The notes under the pieces were generated by a model that was given only the letters and a program-made list of their open reading frames with translations, did no database searches and was not told the origin of the DNA. A stretch of 64,000 nucleotides of DNA. It comes from a virus. Taxonomy: Duplodnaviria; Caudoviricetes. The stretch lies in IMG/VR virus record IMGVR_UViG_3300011116_000260, positions 13-64,012 of that record. The stretch is one strand, 5' to 3'. Each line of letters opens with the position of its first letter. Positions within the stretch are counted from its first letter, which is position 1. Positions 58,587-64,000 of the stretch are shown here, piece by piece. A program made the translations under genes and the position numbers.

Positions 58587-58603
58587 TATCTATAGCTCCA
58601 ACT
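58587..58603 (-). promoter_or_regulatory. Copy of GTTGGRGCTA motif (candidate right-end promoter)
   Basis: AGTTGGAGCTATAGATA just after the giant ORF stop and directly before the hairpin. Confidence 0.4.
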
Positions 58604-58608
58604 ATTGG

Positions 58609-61600
58609 TTATTGATTATTAGACATGTCTTTCAATAGGTTGGCCAAGTCTGTAGATACACCTTTGTTATTGGTATATGTTATTGGTCTTTGTATTGAAT
58701 TCTTTCTATCTTGTAAGAACTTGTTGGTTTCTTCTAAGTATCTAGTTCTATTTTCCCTTAGTTTGTTTTCGATTTCTCTAGACTGAACTGGGACAATATT
58801 GTGATTACTAGAGATATTCTCAGGCTTATTAATATACTTATTCTTTCCTTTTTGGATAAGTTTAAGATACTTAGCAAATGAATTATTTTCATCAATTGCT
58901 TCTAACTCTTGTAATAACCTAGCTGGTACTGCAACTGGACTCTTATTAAAGACAATGTTATAAGGAATAATATCTCCAAACTTAGCAATCATTTCTTCCT
59001 TAGACATTTCACCACCTTTGGTTAGTAATTCCTTACCAGAACCAAGAGCCTTGCTTGTATAAGCATTGAGTACGCTAAATGCTGGAGGACTTATTGGATT
59101 TGAGAATCCCTTGTAAGTACCACCAGTAAGTTCTGAGATACCAGCTAAAGTTCCAGAGAATAGGCCAGATAAAGAACCAAATACTGGAAGTGTACTAGCC
59201 ATTCTAAATACAGATGTACTTGGATCTTTTAACTCTTGCTTGATGTCTGAAATATCTCGTCCACTTAACCAATCTATTAGTAATTCTGACATATAAGTAA
59301 GAGCTGAATATAATATAACTACTTCAGCCATAACAACTGTTGGCTTCTTTAATTGTAAATTTTCAAGAACATTACTCTTGAAGGATTGTGACCATTGTAA
59401 TAAAGATCTAACAAATCTACCAAAGCCAGTTTTAGAAGTAATTGAAATATCTCTATTTAGTCCTCTTGAGTCTGAAATTAAACCATCAGTTGAGATTTGT
59501 GTTTCAATAGCATATACAAAATCGCTAAAAGCTTCATCCAATACTTCTTTTGGAATAGGACCATTGGGACCAGTCATATAAGCATCTACCTTTGCCTGTA
59601 GTGCTGTTAGATTAAAGACTCCGTTCTTATTGGTTCCTGTTTGTTCCATGATATATTTTAATGCCTTTAACTTATCAGCATCTAGTAATCTAAATCTCAT
59701 AAAGGTTAAAGCATGATCCCAGTTACCACCAAATCCAGCTTCTCTAGCCAACTTCTTTTGAAGGGCTGATAATTGCTTATCTGCTTTTTCTGAAGTAGCT
59801 GATAATCCCTGTAATCTTTCTAGTTCTGCCTTATTAGCTGGATTTTCCATTAATGCTAACAGTCTTAAAGCAGCTCCACTTACAATATACTTAGCATTTC
59901 TTTGTGTAAATCTTCCTAGTGCAAAGTGTTTTGAAATACCAGTAATATACTTTACTGAACCAACTTCTACGCCAAGATTACCTATTGTTTCAATAGCGGC
60001 TGTTAGTTTAGTACTATCTTCTCTTGTCTTAGTCAATCTCTTCCACCAACCATCATTTAAAGATGGAATACCTGAAACAGAATTTGTTTGTAAATATCTA
60101 TCTTCAATTTCGGAAAGATAACTACGAATTCCGTGTACAGTTAAAAATACTTGTTGTTTTAATGCTTCAGATGGTCTTCTATCTAAGAACATCTTAAATA
60201 CACCAAACGCATTATCTATAGTTTCTCTAATACCAACTTCTGGTAATGCAGTAATAACATTGATAAAGGATTCAGCGGTGCTACGAAGACCCCAACCCTG
60301 ACCTGATGTTGCTCTTAGAACACCACCAGCAGCTCTGCTAAATTGTTCTCCTGTTTCACCATATGCAGACATAATGCGTGGGTTTCTACCAGCATATTCA
60401 GCATAATCTTCAGCTAGTCTTCTCATACCACCCTGAAGATCTTTCTGTAGTTCTTCATTTGATCCAGCCATTCTCATTAGTAGTTTACTGGCCGCATCAA
60501 ATACTTCGTAGATACGAATACCTTTATGACCTATCATTCTATCTAGTTCTGCTTGTACTAATAGTTCAAAACCTCTATGATTAATTAGATTATCATAAGC
60601 AGCTAGTGGATTGGTTCTGATAATATCTTTTATTAGAGGACTATTGAATACTTCCTTCCAATCAAGATTCTTAACAGCAAATCCTTGATTATCTCCACCC
60701 TTACCAAATAGTTGTAAGAATGCGTTATCACCCATTTCTGGCTTTTGAATATATCTATGATAATTACCTTCTCTTAACTTAAAGGCTAATAGTTCTTCCA
60801 TCATAACTTGAAGAACTGGTTTTGTATTACCAAAGTTAGTCTTCCATTGATCTGCAATGTGAGTTGTAACTCCATCTACTGTTTCCATATATCTAGCCAA
60901 GTCTCTTGGACTTAGATCGTCTACCTTTTCTGGAATAGCACAGATTACAATCTGACCAGTTGCTGGATCTTCATAAGAGAAGAACTTAGTATCAGCTTCT
61001 CTTCTAATTTCAGGAATCTTCTTAAGATCAGTACCGGGAGCATATCGTCTATTGCCAGCCTTAGCCTCTAGTCTTGAAAGAGTATCAGCATCAAAACCAG
61101 TCTCACCTATATGTAGTTGATCTCTACCTTCTTTACCACGACTTGTTAATGGGTTTCCTTCTGTATCCCATAACCAACCCATAGCAAGCATAATACTACG
61201 ATCTAATGTTTCATCGTTTCTAATAGTATCTTTTCTTACTCTAACCATTTCATCAACGATTTGAGTACGATCATTCTTAGTTACTTTATCACGATCAAAT
61301 GTTAGTGCAAAGTAGTTTTCAGCTGGAACTGGATTACCAGCGTCATCCTTAATACTAATCCATTCAGTAGAGTTTTCTAGATCTAGAATGAATTTATTTC
61401 TACGAATTGTTTCATCTCTTAGATTCTTTGCTGAAGTAAAGATAGCATCAATGTATGCTGGTTGAGCTGCTGAGTTAATAGCAATAACAGCTGCTTGAAT
61501 ATCTGCTCGTTGTAGTGGTCGCTTGGTTGATACTAAAGACTTAACAATTTCTAGTTCAACTGCTTGCATTACTCGTAGATCTCCTGTTTGAATAGCAAGA

Positions 61601-63885
61601 TCTCTATTTAAGGTAATCAAAGCTCTCTTTGATCTTTGAACCTGATGAGCAGCGCCTTCCCAAGTTTTAAACGCATGAGTACCAGACTTTACTAATTGAT
61701 GGGTCATTACCTTTCCGTTTTCAGCCATTGAAGAAAGCCATCGTAGTAAGTTATTCATACTACGAAGAGTTTTACCTTCGCCAGTTGCAAATGAAGTAAG
61801 ACCTGACATCCAACTTAGTGTTTTTCTAAATGCGTTTCTATTTGTTTTTTCTGATCCTCTAAACAATCTAGCAATAAAGTTTGTAGCTCTAAATACTTCT
61901 GTATGTTCTGTTGCTAGATTATTTAAGAAGTTAAGTAGTATACTTTGTGTTGGTGGTAGTTTTTCTGCTTCTATATCAACAACTACACCTAAACCTAAAT
62001 CTTTTTTAGCAGATTCAATATCTACTTTTACCTTTGCTCCAGCATAAGTTTGTGCTGCATAGCTACCCTTTTTCATTCTAACTTTATCAGGATAATTTAG
62101 TGTAATATTATCTGCACTAAATACAAAGTCATGTGGAGATGGTGGTCTAGTAAACTCTGGTAATTCTGTACCATATCTTGCGTTATAGGATGCAATAGCT
62201 TGATCAGTCTTTGCCTTTGCAAAGTCTAGAATTTGATCTAAAGTCTTTACTGAGATTTGTTCAGTTGGAGTACTTCTTGCATCTAGTTCTTTTGCAATTT
62301 CAATATCATAGTATGACCAGAAAATATTATTAATTGTTTCAAATCTAGTACCAAATTTTTCTTGATTAATATTAGAAATAGTTGAATAGATGTTATATAC
62401 TTTATCTAGGAAATGTAAGAATTGATCTGGAATTGTTTCGATCTTCTTACCAAGATTTTCTCTTAGTCCAGAAGTAATTCTATGGAAGTTAAGTAGTAGA
62501 ATCTTAACAAACTTAGGATCTGTTCCAGAGTTTCTAAGTAAAGATTCTCCAGCCATCATTTGAGCATCGAACTTATCTACATTATTAAGAATAACTGTTT
62601 CAGCTTTTCCTGCTTTAATCTTTGGATCAGTAGCTGGTGTTCTACCAGTCTTTGGGTCCATATCAACAGGAAGTTTTTCTGGATTAACTGTTGGCTTATC
62701 TACAATAACCTTTGGATCATCAACAATTGGTGGATCTATTGGTTTTCTAATCTTAGGTAATCTACTACCTAAATCAATAGTTACTTCTTTTTTAACTACA
62801 GTATCGCTAGTTGGAATAGCAGCAACTGTTTTATTTTCCTCTCCTGTAAGAATAAGAAGATCAACTCCATTTTCTTTTAGTGCTTCAATTAATTTAACTT
62901 CTACACCAGCATGTCCAGCTGTTGGTTCCATTGATCTCCAATCAGCAACACTTTGCATTGTATTAATTAAGATATCTTTATGTAATCCAAGTTTTTCAAA
63001 AACACTTTCTGGAGTTTTTTTTAAAGAGTATAATATTAGATAATCTGATGATTTAGCACTTGGATCTTTTTTTAATCTTTCTTTATCATATTTACTAAGT
63101 TTTAATTTTAACTCAAGTGTTTTTTTCTTTTTATCTACTTTAACTTTACTAATAGACTTATTTTCATCTGTTGCAATAATAGCTGCTTTTTCTTCTGGTA
63201 CTAATACAGAACCAGCTTTAACTGATTCATCTTTAGTTTCTCCAGAAACAAACATTACTTCTTCGTTGTTTTTTACTGGTACTTCTGGCATTGCTACTGG
63301 AAGTTCAGTTGTTTCTTTTGAAACAGCAACTTCAAGGCTGGTTCTAATTTTTCTAGATGCTTCTAGTTTTGCTCTAGCTTCTTCTAGTGAAACGATCTTT
63401 GGTTTTTCTTTACCATTAAGAATAGCATCCGACTTCTTAGCAATAATTGCCTTTGTTGTTTCTGTAATATTTTCTGTTACAGATGTTGGTCTTACTTCAT
63501 CGTTTACTAATTTAATTTCTCCATCAAGTTGTTGTACTTGTTTTCTTAAAGCAGCTTTAGCATTTTGTAGTTGTTTATCAGTAATACCAAGTAATAACGC
63601 AACACCCTTATCTGTTAGTTCAGGATTATTTTGTTTTGCAATTGTATATTTAACAACAAGATCTTTAACTTTTTCTGATAGGTTTGTTTGTGGAATTAGT
63701 TCTTGTAGGTTTTTAGCTTGTTCTTGTTTTATTGGCTTAATAGATTCAAGAGCAGCTTTAGCGTCTACTATATCAATATCTGTTCCTTCTTTTGTAACAA
63801 GACCATAAGAAACCTTTTGTGCTTTTCTCTTTTGCTTTGTAGCTGCTTCTTTTGCTACATTACTTGCAAATTTAAAAACATAATT
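58609..63885 (-). CDS. C-terminal half (aa 1712-3469) of the giant internal virion protein
   Basis: The 1778-aa track ORF continues in frame through the terminal overlap into 1-5133. It has a sigma region 4-like HTH near 63526-63708 and a hydrophobic C-terminal region reminiscent of T7 gp16 (SLLQWSQSFKS...VVILYSALTYM). Confidence 0.9.
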   Translation of the reverse strand, partial: NYVFKFASNVAKEAATKQKRKAQKVSYGLVTKEGTDIDIVDAKAALESIKPIKQEQAKNLQELIPQTNLSEKVKDLVVKYTIAKQNNPELTDKGVALLLGITDKQLQNAKAALRKQVQQLDGEIKLVNDEVRPTSVTENITETTKAIIAKKSDAILNGKEKPKIVSLEEARAKLEASRKIRTSLEVAVSKETTELPVAMPEVPVKNNEEVMFVSGETKDESVKAGSVLVPEEKAAIIATDENKSISKVKVDKKKKTLELKLKLSKYDKERLKKDPSAKSSDYLILYSLKKTPESVFEKLGLHKDILINTMQSVADWRSMEPTAGHAGVEVKLIEALKENGVDLLILTGEENKTVAAIPTSDTVVKKEVTIDLGSRLPKIRKPIDPPIVDDPKVIVDKPTVNPEKLPVDMDPKTGRTPATDPKIKAGKAETVILNNVDKFDAQMMAGESLLRNSGTDPKFVKILLLNFHRITSGLRENLGKKIETIPDQFLHFLDKVYNIYSTISNINQEKFGTRFETINNIFWSYYDIEIAKELDARSTPTEQISVKTLDQILDFAKAKTDQAIASYNARYGTELPEFTRPPSPHDFVFSADNITLNYPDKVRMKKGSYAAQTYAGAKVKVDIESAKKDLGLGVVVDIEAEKLPPTQSILLNFLNNLATEHTEVFRATNFIARLFRGSEKTNRNAFRKTLSWMSGLTSFATGEGKTLRSMNNLLRWLSSMAENGKVMTHQLVKSGTHAFKTWEGAAHQVQRSKRALITLNRDLAIQTGDLRVMQAVELEIVKSLVSTKRPLQRADIQAAVIAINSAAQPAYIDAIFTSAKNLRDETIRRNKFILDLENSTEWISIKDDAGNPVPAENYFALTFDRDKVTKNDRTQIVDEMVRVRKDTIRNDETLDRSIMLAMGWLWDTEGNPLTSRGKEGRDQLHIGETGFDADTLSRLEAKAGNRRYAPGTDLKKIPEIRREADTKFFSYEDPATGQIVICAIPEKVDDLSPRDLARYMETVDGVTTHIADQWKTNFGNTKPVLQVMMEELLAFKLREGNYHRYIQKPEMGDNAFLQLFGKGGDNQGFAVKNLDWKEVFNSPLIKDIIRTNPLAAYDNLINHRGFELLVQAELDRMIGHKGIRIYEVFDAASKLLMRMAGSNEELQKDLQGGMRRLAEDYAEYAGRNPRIMSAYGETGEQFSRAAGGVLRATSGQGWGLRSTAESFINVITALPEVGIRETIDNAFGVFKMFLDRRPSEALKQQVFLTVHGIRSYLSEIEDRYLQTNSVSGIPSLNDGWWKRLTKTREDSTKLTAAIETIGNLGVEVGSVKYITGISKHFALGRFTQRNAKYIVSGAALRLLALMENPANKAELERLQGLSATSEKADKQLSALQKKLAREAGFGGNWDHALTFMRFRLLDADKLKALKYIMEQTGTNKNGVFNLTALQAKVDAYMTGPNGPIPKEVLDEAFSDFVYAIETQISTDGLISDSRGLNRDISITSKTGFGRFVRSLLQWSQSFKSNVLENLQLKKPTVVMAEVVILYSALTYMSELLIDWLSGRDISDIKQELKDPSTSVFRMASTLPVFGSLSGLFSGTLAGISELTGGTYKGFSNPISPPAFSVLNAYTSKALGSGKELLTKGGEMSKEEMIAKFGDIIPYNIVFNKSPVAVPARLLQELEAIDENNSFAKYLKLIQKGKNKYINKPENISSNHNIVPVQSREIENKLRENRTRYLEETNKFLQDRKNSIQRPITYTNNKGVSTDLANLLKDMSNNQ

Positions 63886-64000
63886 AAACTTTTCTCTTTC
63901 TGTAGTCATCTTACTTAGATCAGCGTTAACTTTATCTCTGTTCATAAGAATTTTTTCAATGACCTTTTGTACTAGATCTTCTACAGATTCTGTTTTAATA
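63886..64000. repeat. Exact copy of 1-115 (circular assembly overlap)
   Basis: Direct sequence identity with the window start. Confidence 0.95.

Noticed and set aside
58609-63945. Stand-alone 1778-aa gene starting MNRDKV
   Set aside because: The frame stays open upstream through the overlap to 5133, and this Met lies within the sigma region 2-like segment.
63886-64000. Biological direct terminal repeat
   Set aside because: The repeat lies inside a continuous ORF, as expected for a circular assembly overlap. The real ends are more plausibly near 58.2 kb.

Overview
The window is an apparently complete, circularly assembled genome of a large T7-like podophage (Autographiviridae-type). Bases 63886-64000 repeat bases 1-115 exactly, so the unit length is about 63,885 bp. 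Essentially all credible genes are on the minus strand. The probable physical start is near 58.2 kb. Reading downward from there: a GC-rich, hairpin-rich early region of small ORFs; five tRNAs; a single-subunit RNA polymerase; replication and nucleotide genes (SSB, RusA, ThyX, Zn deaminase, primase-helicase, PurA, GMP reductase, PolA, dNMP kinase, exonuclease, dUTPase, class II RNR); portal, scaffold, capsid, tail tube, nozzle and fibres; a lysis-like cassette; terminase; and an internal-virion module at the end. That module ends in a 3,469-aa ORF split by the window edge (5133->1, continuing 63885->58609), whose first half the ORF track missed. By manual translation it contains a zincin metallopeptidase motif (HELGH...YAFGNVAEFFA) and a ~170-aa segment resembling an ECF/sigma70 factor (regions 2 and 4), which suggests a virion-delivered protease plus sigma-like polyprotein. 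A second theme is an AT-rich phage adapting to a GC-rich host: candidate G->A (GuaC+PurA) and C->T (deaminase+dUTPase+ThyX) conversion enzymes, six tRNAs that all read AT-rich codons, and GC content falling along the order of entry. All family assignments come from motifs recognised by eye; no database searches were run.
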